Shown piece by piece: positions 56,920 to 64,000 of a stretch of 64,000 nt of DNA. The DNA is from an uncultured virus (IMG/VR IMGVR_UViG_3300032323_002498). Lineage: Duplodnaviria; Heunggongvirae; Uroviricota; Caudoviricetes. Positions within the stretch are counted from its first letter, which is position 1, and each line of letters starts with the position of its first letter. The stretch lies in IMG/VR virus record IMGVR_UViG_3300032323_002498; one strand, written 5' to 3'. Under the pieces are notes generated by a model. That model did no database searches. It was not told the DNA's origin and saw nothing but the letters and a program-made list of their open reading frames with translations. Position numbers and translations under genes: made by a program.

Positions 56920-56946
56920 GCAAAGTCCACAAGAAAGGAGAATTAC

Positions 56947-57366
56947 ATGGTTGGAAGACCACCGAAGATCAGAGAACAAGTTGTGCCTGGTTATCCAGAG
57001 CCATATGCACGTCAATCGGTACGTGTGGCAGCCGCAAAGCGCAAGCGAGGTCGACCAAGGAAAAACGGTAGACCCAAAAAAGACAGGTACGACGCGGTTC
57101 GTGCATCTCCCTCTAAGCGTGAGGGTAAGCGCTGGATCAGTGTCTCTGTGCCTGAAGAGGCGTACTACATGCTCAAGGAAGTTGCAGCCTTCTACAAGGT
57201 CGGCATGGGCAACTATCTCTACAGCATCATCCTCCCCGCGTTTGACCACGCCTACGAAGAGTCGCTCACGCTGCAGCGCATTGCTGCCAACAAAGAAAAA
57301 GCCAAACAGAAAGCCCAAGATGAAATATCAAACCGAGATGACGTTCCCCGTAGAACTCACTTTTGA
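56947..57366 (+). CDS. DNA-binding protein (AT-hook-like plus ribbon-helix-helix-like)
   Basis: KRGRPRK and GRP motifs; ISVSVPEEAYYMLKEVA. Confidence 0.6.
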   Translation: MVGRPPKIREQVVPGYPEPYARQSVRVAAAKRKRGRPRKNGRPKKDRYDAVRASPSKREGKRWISVSVPEEAYYMLKEVAAFYKVGMGNYLYSIILPAFDHAYEESLTLQRIAANKEKAKQKAQDEISNRDDVPRRTHF

Positions 57367-57553
57367 AGTGCTGCCGGCCATGGTGGTAGAAGGCACGGAG
57401 TTGCCTGCACAGCTGGACATCACCAAGGTTCTGCTGACCATCGTCGGGCCGAGCGGAAAGCCGCGCCAGGTGGACATCACCAAGAGCTTCAGCGAAGAGC
57501 AAATCATGCTGCTCGAAGATGAAATCGTGGACCACTACTTCGAAGGCGATTGA
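57320..57553 (+). CDS. hypothetical acidic protein
   Basis: ORF with phage-like codon usage. Confidence 0.55.
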   Translation: MKYQTEMTFPVELTFEVLPAMVVEGTELPAQLDITKVLLTIVGPSGKPRQVDITKSFSEEQIMLLEDEIVDHYFEGD

Positions 57554-57558
57554 AGAAA

Positions 57559-57768
57559 ATGAAGCTGACCGAAGAACTGCGCGCGATCAAGGATGTTTAC
57601 CCCGCGATTGCAGAACTGCTTGAAGCATCTGCACAGCGCCTTGAAGACCAGCGATTGTGGCGTGAAGCATGGTTAAATGCAGAAAAGAATGTTGAGTTGT
57701 TGACAAGTCATTTAGTTGTGCTAAGATCAATTCGCAATCACAGAAAGGAGAAAGAGTGCAATGACTAA
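57559..57768 (+). CDS. hypothetical protein
   Basis: ORF; its 3' end carries TTGACAAGTCA...TAAGAT, a promoter-like site. Confidence 0.5.
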   Translation: MKLTEELRAIKDVYPAIAELLEASAQRLEDQRLWREAWLNAEKNVELLTSHLVVLRSIRNHRKEKECND

Positions 57769-58015
57769 ATTACCCGACCCAAGGACCGATAAGGTCTTCA
57801 GAGAACTTGCCGCAAGCGGTAGGTACGTCAACACCGGCAAGGTGTTGATTGGCGTGTCTCACGTGCCACGGCCCATGGACATGTCCCAGGACGCAGAGCT
57901 TTTTCAAGGCGTCTTCCTGGGCACGCATCGGCCAAGGTACAGCGTGGTAAGCGTCGCCTACGTGGTGGCGCTGGCTTTCGTGTTTGGGATTCTTGTTATC
58001 TCCAGCGCAACATGA
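57761..58015 (+). CDS. small membrane protein
   Basis: AGAAAGGAGAAAG leader; C-terminal TM helix. Confidence 0.6.
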   Translation: MTKLPDPRTDKVFRELAASGRYVNTGKVLIGVSHVPRPMDMSQDAELFQGVFLGTHRPRYSVVSVAYVVALAFVFGILVISSAT

Positions 58016-58497
58016 GAAAACGCAGTAAATACCGGCCACGCGCCGTGCTTCAAAGCCCTCTGGACTTTGTCCTGTCTGGCCTGAAGCCTGTGCGCGATAT
58101 GCCGGGCATCTACCTGAGCGCCCAGCTCAAGAACCGCACTGCTCTCGAGCAGCTGCGCAAGGGCGAAGCGGTCAAGGAAGACATCGACACGTTGATCGGC
58201 GCATTCAACATCACTGAAGCGCTGGCCATCATGGGCAAGGGCTCGGACTGGCTCGACGAGATCAAGCAGGGGCAAGACGCCCTGCTCGAGCTCTCGCGCC
58301 GGGGCGTGGCCAACAAGATGCGGTTCATCATGACAGCCAAGCAGTGGGAACTGCTCAAGCTGGTGATGGACCTGCATGAGGAGCAGCTGGCGCAGGCCAC
58401 TGTTCATGACATCGAGAAGGCACACGACTACGTCTTGCGGATCATCCGCATGGGCAAGGCACGCGCCATTGTTCAAATCCAAAAGGAAACCACATGA
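58012..58497 (+). CDS. conserved hypothetical protein
   Basis: MRKRSKYRP start; coupled to neighbours. Confidence 0.7.
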   Translation: MRKRSKYRPRAVLQSPLDFVLSGLKPVRDMPGIYLSAQLKNRTALEQLRKGEAVKEDIDTLIGAFNITEALAIMGKGSDWLDEIKQGQDALLELSRRGVANKMRFIMTAKQWELLKLVMDLHEEQLAQATVHDIEKAHDYVLRIIRMGKARAIVQIQKETT

Positions 58498-58643
58498 AAA
58501 AAGCTCTTATCGCCATCGGCCTGGCCGCAGCTGCAACCGCTGCCTGGGCCAGCTGCACAACCCACACCGTCATCCAAGGCGGGCGTATGGTCACCTGCAC
58601 CACATGCTGCGTCGGTGGGCACTGTACAACCACTTGTTTCTGA
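58494..58643 (+). CDS. secreted six-cysteine microprotein (49 aa)
   Basis: Own translation MKKALIAIGLAAAATAAWA-SCTTHTVIQGGRMVTCTTCCVGGHCTTTCF; AAGGA RBS, ATGA overlap. Confidence 0.75.
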   Translation: MKKALIAIGLAAAATAAWASCTTHTVIQGGRMVTCTTCCVGGHCTTTCF

Positions 58644-58650
58644 GGTGCCT

Positions 58651-59226
58651 ATGACCAAGTCAGACAAAATCAGAGAGTATTTCCGCAAGCACCCCAATGC
58701 TGTAGTGGCCGATGTGGTCAAGAAGTTCGATGCATCGACTGGCATGACATACAAGCTGCGCAACCAGGTGCTGAGCAGCATGCACCGGGCCCCTGAAGTG
58801 GTGCCCGTGCCCGAACCCGACACAGGGCGCAAGGTCATTGTCTCTTCAGGGCAGCTGGCCATTGCAGCCAAGCTGGGTCTGAGCGCCCAGGACTTTGTCA
58901 AAGGAGGCATTGAGGGCGGCTTCTTGAAGTACGCAGACGAGCGCGAGCCAGAGACCGGGATCGACGAGACGCTGGACGAGCGGGCCCAGGACTACGGCAA
59001 GTTCAGGGACGGCGCTGCGCTGATGCAGGGCATCAAACGACTGCTCGCGGACCACGCGCGTGCGCATAACAAGACGTTCGCCGATGACCAGTGGGAAGCC
59101 CTGGAGATGATCGTCCACAAGATGGCCCGCATCGTCAACGGCAACCCCGACAAGGTGGACAGCTGGACAGACATCGCCGGCTACGCCAAGCTGGTGGCTG
59201 ACCGCCTACAGGGAAATGTGCGATGA
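58651..59226 (+). CDS. DUF6378-like domain protein
   Basis: TL.ER..DYG.F...K.ARI.NG.P...DSW.DIAGYA.L. Confidence 0.75.
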   Translation: MTKSDKIREYFRKHPNAVVADVVKKFDASTGMTYKLRNQVLSSMHRAPEVVPVPEPDTGRKVIVSSGQLAIAAKLGLSAQDFVKGGIEGGFLKYADEREPETGIDETLDERAQDYGKFRDGAALMQGIKRLLADHARAHNKTFADDQWEALEMIVHKMARIVNGNPDKVDSWTDIAGYAKLVADRLQGNVR

Positions 59227-59390
59227 GCGATTTACTCCCTATTTTTGTTGTTGGCTGGGTGGCGGCTGCGTGGCTCACCCACGTCATCACCTGCCTGACT
59301 GCTGCCAAGTGGGGGTTCCTTATCGCAGGAGCCATCTTCTTCCCCATCGGATGCGTGCACGGCACAGGCATCTGGTTCGGAGTGTTCTGA
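59223..59390 (+). CDS. small membrane protein (55 aa)
   Basis: Own translation MSDLLPIFVVGWVAAAWLTHVITC...GAIFFPIGCVHGTGIWFGVF. Confidence 0.65.
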   Translation: MSDLLPIFVVGWVAAAWLTHVITCLTAAKWGFLIAGAIFFPIGCVHGTGIWFGVF

Positions 59391-59737
59391 TGTTCCACGT
59401 GCCTGAGAAATGCCGCGTCAAGCTCTCTGGTTATCCAGAGGGCGACGCCACCAACGGGGCCTTTGTGGTCAAGCTCAAGCAGTCCCAGACCGTGTTCGTC
59501 ATCGCAAGTGACGGCGCAGGCTGGGAGCATGTGAGTGTCAGCCGCAAGGACCGCTGCCCGACCTGGGACGAAATGTGCCAGGTGAAGAACCTGTTCTGGG
59601 ACGACGAGGACGTCGTCATGCAGTTCCACGTGCCTGCAAAGGACCACGTCAACAATCATCCCTACTGCCTGCATCTGTGGCGTCCTAAGGGCGTCGATGT
59701 GCTGCGGCCTGAGTCCATCATGGTGGGCTTTAAGTGA
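59390..59737 (+). CDS. conserved phage protein (DUF7694-like)
   Basis: WEHVSVS...R.PTW.EMC.VK..FW...Q.H.....VN.HP.CLHLW. Confidence 0.75.
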   Translation: MFHVPEKCRVKLSGYPEGDATNGAFVVKLKQSQTVFVIASDGAGWEHVSVSRKDRCPTWDEMCQVKNLFWDDEDVVMQFHVPAKDHVNNHPYCLHLWRPKGVDVLRPESIMVGFK

Positions 59738-59751
59738 CCTAGGGAAAGTAC

Positions 59752-59781
59752 TAGACACAATTGGTACGGTACACGTATAAT
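59752..59781 (+). promoter_or_regulatory. sigma70-type promoter
   Basis: TAGACA-18 bp-TATAAT followed by CACAGAAAGAGAGAAAG, the same leader as at 2481. Confidence 0.7.
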
Positions 59782-59812
59782 TTAATCTCCAACCACAGAA
59801 AGAGAGAAAGCT

Positions 59813-60013
59813 ATGAGCGACAAAGACATCACGGTCACTGTGTACACAGAGACAGATTACCGCATCCACATTGACGAGTGGGACAGCGGTGGAGTCTGGT
59901 TATCTCTGCGCAACGATCGCGCAAGCATCCACACCCCTCTGACACGCAAGGAAGCCCGGCAGATGCTGGGAGGCCTGCAGTCCATCCTGACCAAGGACGA
60001 GGTGGCAGCATGA
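59813..60013 (+). CDS. hypothetical protein
   Basis: Leader motif; coupled to the next gene. Confidence 0.65.
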   Translation: MSDKDITVTVYTETDYRIHIDEWDSGGVWLSLRNDRASIHTPLTRKEARQMLGGLQSILTKDEVAA

Positions 60014-60222
60014 GCAAAGAAGACGCCATCAAACTCATCAAGCTGCTGTCCGCGCTGGAGTCGTGGTCGTTCAGCGCAAAGATAGACCTTCCCGAGTATC
60101 TGCACGAAGACCTAAACATCGCGCTGGAGAAGCTGGAGAAGATTGTTTTGGAGCAGCCACAAGAAAAGTACACATACGGCACGCCATTGCTGGACGCCTT
60201 TACCAAGGAGAAGCAATCATGA
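60010..60222 (+). CDS. hypothetical protein
   Basis: ATGA overlaps. Confidence 0.6.
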   Translation: MSKEDAIKLIKLLSALESWSFSAKIDLPEYLHEDLNIALEKLEKIVLEQPQEKYTYGTPLLDAFTKEKQS

Positions 60223-60425
60223 GAGCTGTCGGCCAATGCCTGGACTGCTGGTTCTGGTCCGACATGATTGCCAGGTGCGAGGGCTCCGGCCCCGTGCAGG
60301 CCATGTGCCTGAACCGCGAATCACGCAACCACATGAAGTACACCGTGTCCCAGGTCACCTGCGACAAATGGGAAGACTCGCTGAACGGGTTCCGTGTGGA
60401 CTCACCCGGGGAGGAGCAGGCATGA
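60219..60425 (+). CDS. small Cys-rich protein
   Basis: CxxC...C...C..W; AGGAG RBS. Confidence 0.6.
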   Translation: MRAVGQCLDCWFWSDMIARCEGSGPVQAMCLNRESRNHMKYTVSQVTCDKWEDSLNGFRVDSPGEEQA

Positions 60426-60556
60426 CTGACGAACGGTTCCTTATTTTGTCGGCTTGCATTTGGCTTGCCCCACACGTTCCAAAGGGGATCGGTCTTATTA
60501 ACGGCTGCGGCGCGCTGATGGTGGCTGTGGCAATTGGATTGGGGTGGATAACATGA
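60422..60556 (+). CDS. small membrane protein
   Basis: Two hydrophobic segments; GGAGGAG RBS. Confidence 0.55.
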   Translation: MTDERFLILSACIWLAPHVPKGIGLINGCGALMVAVAIGLGWIT

Positions 60557-60654
60557 CCTGGCCATTTCCTCCCTTTCCACTGCCCCCGTATCACGGACCA
60601 CGGGCCCCGAGCGGGCCGGTCTATCCATCTGACGCAGAGGAGGCACCGCTGTGA
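60553..60654 (+). CDS. 33-aa Pro-rich peptide
   Basis: Own translation MTWPFPPFPLPP...DAEEAPL; overlapping start and stop at both ends. Confidence 0.55.
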   Translation: MTWPFPPFPLPPYHGPRAPSGPVYPSDAEEAPL

Positions 60655-60971
60655 GCATGAACACCCCATTCCACCTGCGCCAGCGGGAGTTCAACAAATT
60701 CAACGCGGCCAACCCGGCTGTGTGGGAATACTTTGAGCGCTTCACGCTGCAAGCCATCAACGCCGGTCACAGGAAGATCAGCCACTGGCTCATCATCAAC
60801 CGCATCCGCTGGGAGGTGATGATCACAACCACCGGCAGCGACTTCAAAATCTGCAACAACCATATTGCGTTCTACGCGCGCCTGTTCGTCAAGGTGCACC
60901 CGCAGTATCGGTTTATCTTTAACCTCAAGCGCATGGCTGACGAACCATGGCACGGGGACATGCCACTATGA
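60651..60971 (+). CDS. conserved hypothetical protein
   Basis: NP.VW..F.RF...I.NRIRWE...FKI.NN..AFYARLF. Confidence 0.7.
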   Translation: MSMNTPFHLRQREFNKFNAANPAVWEYFERFTLQAINAGHRKISHWLIINRIRWEVMITTTGSDFKICNNHIAFYARLFVKVHPQYRFIFNLKRMADEPWHGDMPL

Positions 60972-61189
60972 ACAGACATCTTCTTTCAACCACTGTCGAA
61001 GTGGACGTGGACATCAGCACCGATGACCTGACAGACGATGACTTGCGCGAGCTGTGCAAGGAACGCGGCATCACTGTCGGCGAGCCGCTTGTCGAGGAGC
61101 TGCACAGGCTGTTCAAGCTCAAGCAGCACGACGCCATCCTGGAGCGCATGCGCCTGTTCGTGCAGGATTCGAAGGGGGTGGTGCTGTGA
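60968..61189 (+). CDS. hypothetical acidic protein
   Basis: VEVDVD..D..DDDL..L...RG. Confidence 0.6.
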   Translation: MNRHLLSTTVEVDVDISTDDLTDDDLRELCKERGITVGEPLVEELHRLFKLKQHDAILERMRLFVQDSKGVVL

Positions 61190-61491
61190 GAGACACAATA
61201 GACATGGCCCGTGAGGCTGGCTCAGAAGAGTATGGGCCGCTTACGCGAAACTGGAGTTTTGAATTGACACAACTCAAAGCCTTTGAAGCCCTTGTCCGTG
61301 CTGATGAGCGTGAGGAATACCAGCGTTGGTTTGTCGGCGTGATAACGCAGCACAAGCAATTGATACTGGCCGAAAGAGAGGCGTGTGCAAAGGTGTGTGA
61401 AGAACTGCCTTTAGTTGAGGGGGCCAAGCAAATGCAGAGGGCAACGCTAAAGGATGCTGCCGCCGCCATCCGAGCAAGGGGGCAAGCATGA
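61186..61491 (+). CDS. modular accessory protein (DMAREAG...EREACAK...AAAIRARG type)
   Basis: Paralog of 63154-63393 with shared DNA blocks. Confidence 0.7.
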   Translation: MRDTIDMAREAGSEEYGPLTRNWSFELTQLKAFEALVRADEREEYQRWFVGVITQHKQLILAEREACAKVCEELPLVEGAKQMQRATLKDAAAAIRARGQA

Positions 61492-61745
61492 CAGAGTTTG
61501 CATCCCGCGTCTGCGGCATCCCCTGCATCATCCGCGTGAAGTACTGGGAGGTTTACGTCCCCGCGCAGCGCTCAGGTCCACCAGAGCTTTGCTACCCCGA
61601 AGAGGGTGGCGAAGGCGAATGGGAAATCCTCGACCGCAGGGGCAGACCAGCACCGTGGCTCGAGCGCAAGATGACCGAGAACGATCACGACCGGATGAGC
61701 CGGGAAATTTTTGAACACATGGAGAAGAGATATGTCCACTACTGA
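61488..61745 (+). CDS. hypothetical protein
   Basis: GIPC.I.V...W.ILDRRGR.A.WLERK. Confidence 0.65.
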   Translation: MTEFASRVCGIPCIIRVKYWEVYVPAQRSGPPELCYPEEGGEGEWEILDRRGRPAPWLERKMTENDHDRMSREIFEHMEKRYVHY

Positions 61746-61986
61746 AACCAAACGAGCGCGCCGGCGCACCTTCAAAGAGGTGGCCACCGCCGCACACGCC
61801 AGGGGCTTTGCCGAAGGCGTGGAGGCTGCCACCAATAACGCAAGAGAGGAGCTGGACCGCATGTCCGCTGCCAACGTCGAGCTGGGCCGCAGTGTGATGG
61901 CCCTGGAGACCAAGCTGGCCAACGTGTCACTGCGCAAGCTGGCCTGGTCACGGATCACGGGACTTTTTAAAAGGAGTAAGTCATGA
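61732..61986 (+). CDS. hypothetical protein
   Basis: GGAG RBS; coiled-coil. Confidence 0.6.
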   Translation: MSTTETKRARRRTFKEVATAAHARGFAEGVEAATNNAREELDRMSAANVELGRSVMALETKLANVSLRKLAWSRITGLFKRSKS

Positions 61987-62216
61987 ATGAAGATCACGAT
62001 TACATTGTGAACATGCACAACCTGGGCGTGGACGCGCTGTATAAGAAGGTGGTGCCGCTGCTCGAAGAGGCAGGCCCTCCCGTTGCCATACACACCTTGA
62101 TGATCCTGCTGGCCATGATCGGCCAGCAAGTGGACATGGAGCCCGAGCATTTCAAGGCCTTTGTGGTCACGGAACTGGACAGGCTGATGGCCATCGAGGA
62201 GAAGAGGGATGAGTGA
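61983..62216 (+). CDS. hypothetical protein
   Basis: AAGGAG RBS; ATGA overlap. Confidence 0.6.
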   Translation: MNEDHDYIVNMHNLGVDALYKKVVPLLEEAGPPVAIHTLMILLAMIGQQVDMEPEHFKAFVVTELDRLMAIEEKRDE

Positions 62217-62625
62217 CAAGCCCATGATCGACCCCGCGCACCTGGAGCAATACCTCACTGAATCGTTGACCGAGAAGCTCAACGAGATCGAGTACAGCCT
62301 GGGCCTGGACTACACCAGCACTGAGGGCCACATCGTTGTCATGCGCCACCGCAAGGGCAGGCCAGATGTGGTGGTGCTCTCACAGTCGTTTCTTGTACCA
62401 CGGCCCCCGGACATCGACGAGCTCGAGCAAGAGAACAAGCTGCTCCGAGCACGGAACGAGCGCCTGGAGCGCGAGGCCATTGAGAGTGCAGACGCCGCCT
62501 ATGCCAGGGGCTGGAACAGCTCGCTGGAGCTGGCAGCGGTCAGGCTGAATGCGGACTTCAGGCAATCATTCGGTGCGGACACCTGCGCGAGCTGGGCAGC
62601 ATGGCTGAGAGGGCACAAGGTATGA
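62209..62625 (+). CDS. hypothetical protein
   Basis: LEQEN.LLRARNERLE coiled coil; GWNS.L...F..DT.AS.A tail similar to the 63390 ORF. Confidence 0.6.
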   Translation: MSDKPMIDPAHLEQYLTESLTEKLNEIEYSLGLDYTSTEGHIVVMRHRKGRPDVVVLSQSFLVPRPPDIDELEQENKLLRARNERLEREAIESADAAYARGWNSSLELAAVRLNADFRQSFGADTCASWAAWLRGHKV

Positions 62626-62942
62626 CATTCACAGAATGGTGGTCCCAATTGACCAAAGCAGAACAGAAAGTCATTGGCGAACAAAACGCCAAGTACGTCT
62701 GGGAAGAATGCCAGAAGTACACCCTCATGACCATCGAAGACGCCTGCAAGGCCAAGGTGGCCTACGACCAGGGGTTCAAGGACGGGCGCGAGCGCTTTGA
62801 AATCAACCTGGGAGGCTATGTCCTCACCCCGGGCCTTGGACCGGGGATGATTTGGATTGAAGCAGCCAGTGGCGAAGGCGGGGACTTCCACATCGACGAA
62901 CTGGCCGAGGTCATCGGCAAGTTTTACAAGGAGAAGTTCTGA
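62622..62942 (+). CDS. hypothetical protein
   Basis: ATGA overlap; ends GEGGDF...FY.E.F. Confidence 0.6.
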   Translation: MTFTEWWSQLTKAEQKVIGEQNAKYVWEECQKYTLMTIEDACKAKVAYDQGFKDGRERFEINLGGYVLTPGLGPGMIWIEAASGEGGDFHIDELAEVIGKFYKEKF

Positions 62943-63157
62943 TGGACAAAGACGGATACCACGGCGATGAACTGACCATTGCTTACATGAGTGGAGTCCA
63001 ACGAGGGAAGGAACTCGCAGCACAGCGGCAATGGGTCGGGCTGACGGATGAAGAAATCGACAAGACACGATTTGCTATACAAACAAAGGCGATTACACAG
63101 CGCGACCACGAATTAAGCCGCGCCATCGAAGCCAAACTCAAGGAGAAGAACACATGA
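62942..63157 (+). CDS. modular accessory protein (QWVGLTD...EAKLKEKNT type)
   Basis: Shares DNA blocks with the 63602 ORF and with 112-140. Confidence 0.7.
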   Translation: MDKDGYHGDELTIAYMSGVQRGKELAAQRQWVGLTDEEIDKTRFAIQTKAITQRDHELSRAIEAKLKEKNT

Positions 63158-63393
63158 GAGACACGATAGACATGGCCCGTGAGGCTGGTGCAATACACAT
63201 TCACGAGAGACCAAAAGAGTTTGCAATTGTTGGCAACGACTCAATCAAAGCCTTTGAAGCCCTTGTCCGTGCTGATGAGCGTGAGGCGTGTGCAAAGTTT
63301 TGTGATGACCTTGCAGTTGATGCATACAACAATCACGACATACTTTATGAAGAATGCGCCGCCGCCATCCGAGCAAGAGGAGAAACCGAATGA
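63154..63393 (+). CDS. modular accessory protein (DMAREAG type)
   Basis: Paralog of 61186-61491. Confidence 0.7.
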   Translation: MRDTIDMAREAGAIHIHERPKEFAIVGNDSIKAFEALVRADEREACAKFCDDLAVDAYNNHDILYEECAAAIRARGETE

Positions 63394-63605
63394 ACGCACT
63401 TGAACACTTCGACAAACTGTATGGACACCTGCCACCCGATGACGATGCCATGTGGACATTCGTATCGGGCTGGAACAGTGCCATGTCTGAGGCCATGCAG
63501 CGCGTAAACGCCATGCCCTTTGGCAACGATACCCGTGCATCGTTTGCGATCTATTTCCAGCAGATGATGCTCGTCAACCCTGATGATGTGAAGGAACAAA
63601 AATGA
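63390..63605 (+). CDS. hypothetical protein
   Basis: AGGAG RBS; ATGA overlaps. Confidence 0.6.
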   Translation: MNALEHFDKLYGHLPPDDDAMWTFVSGWNSAMSEAMQRVNAMPFGNDTRASFAIYFQQMMLVNPDDVKEQK

Positions 63606-64000
63606 CCAAAGACGAAGCATTTCTTGAGTGGTACAACAACGCGCATTGGGGCAACGAAGACCTAAAAGAGTGTTGCCATAGATCGTGGAATGCCGCCATC
63701 AAGCAAGCCCGTTCAGCACCTGTGCAGGAGCCTGTGGCGACACTTTGGCAACATGGCGAGACCGGACGCACCCGCATCATTATGCCGGGCGATATTACGG
63801 ACTGTGATGCCCGTTGGTTTAAAGCTGCTGACCTCTACACCACCCCACCCGCAGCACAGCGGCAATGGGTTGGGCTGACGGATAAAGATATCTCAGACAC
63901 GGCAACCACGCACCCAATGACATGGGTGAACCTAAATGCCGTTGAGAATCGCACTCTTTTTGCGCGAATCCTTGAAGCCAAACTCAAGGAGAAGAACGGT
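63602..64000 (+). CDS. modular accessory protein, 3' end at the window edge
   Basis: Own translation MTKDEA...PVQEPVA...LYTTPPAAQRQWVGLTD...EAKLKEKNG. Confidence 0.7.
   Translation, partial: MTKDEAFLEWYNNAHWGNEDLKECCHRSWNAAIKQARSAPVQEPVATLWQHGETGRTRIIMPGDITDCDARWFKAADLYTTPPAAQRQWVGLTDKDISDTATTHPMTWVNLNAVENRTLFARILEAKLKEKNG

Overview
This window is most or all of the genome of a tailed dsDNA phage, probably podovirus-like and circularly permuted. Its architecture recalls HTVC010P/HTVC023P-like aquatic phages. The high GC suggests a proteobacterial host, but that is inference. Gene order: an AT-rich inverted-repeat element (candidate origin); terminase small subunit and a PD-(D/E)XK nuclease; an early island of promoter-hairpin-gene-terminator cassettes with strong CCWGG enrichment; a repeat-rich non-coding block (candidate pac site or terminus); HNH-like protein and terminase large subunit; a 1786-aa low-complexity protein; portal, GroES, scaffold and gpT-family major capsid; head-tail and tail genes including two paralogous fibres; a lysis cassette; four ejection/internal proteins; a replication module (exonuclease, SNF2, SSB, AEP primase, UvrD, PolA); and a run of small overlapping accessory ORFs. 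I saw no integrase, tRNA, CRISPR array or reverse transcriptase. Most notable observations: a double-pseudoknot RNA downstream of the capsid gene, a [MFY][AK]xGG motif shared by many putative virion-internal proteins, DNA-level junction repeats that make the accessory ORFs modular, the CCWGG-saturated early region, a T4-T-like holin, and a secreted six-Cys microprotein. All family names come from motif recognition and memory, not from database searches.
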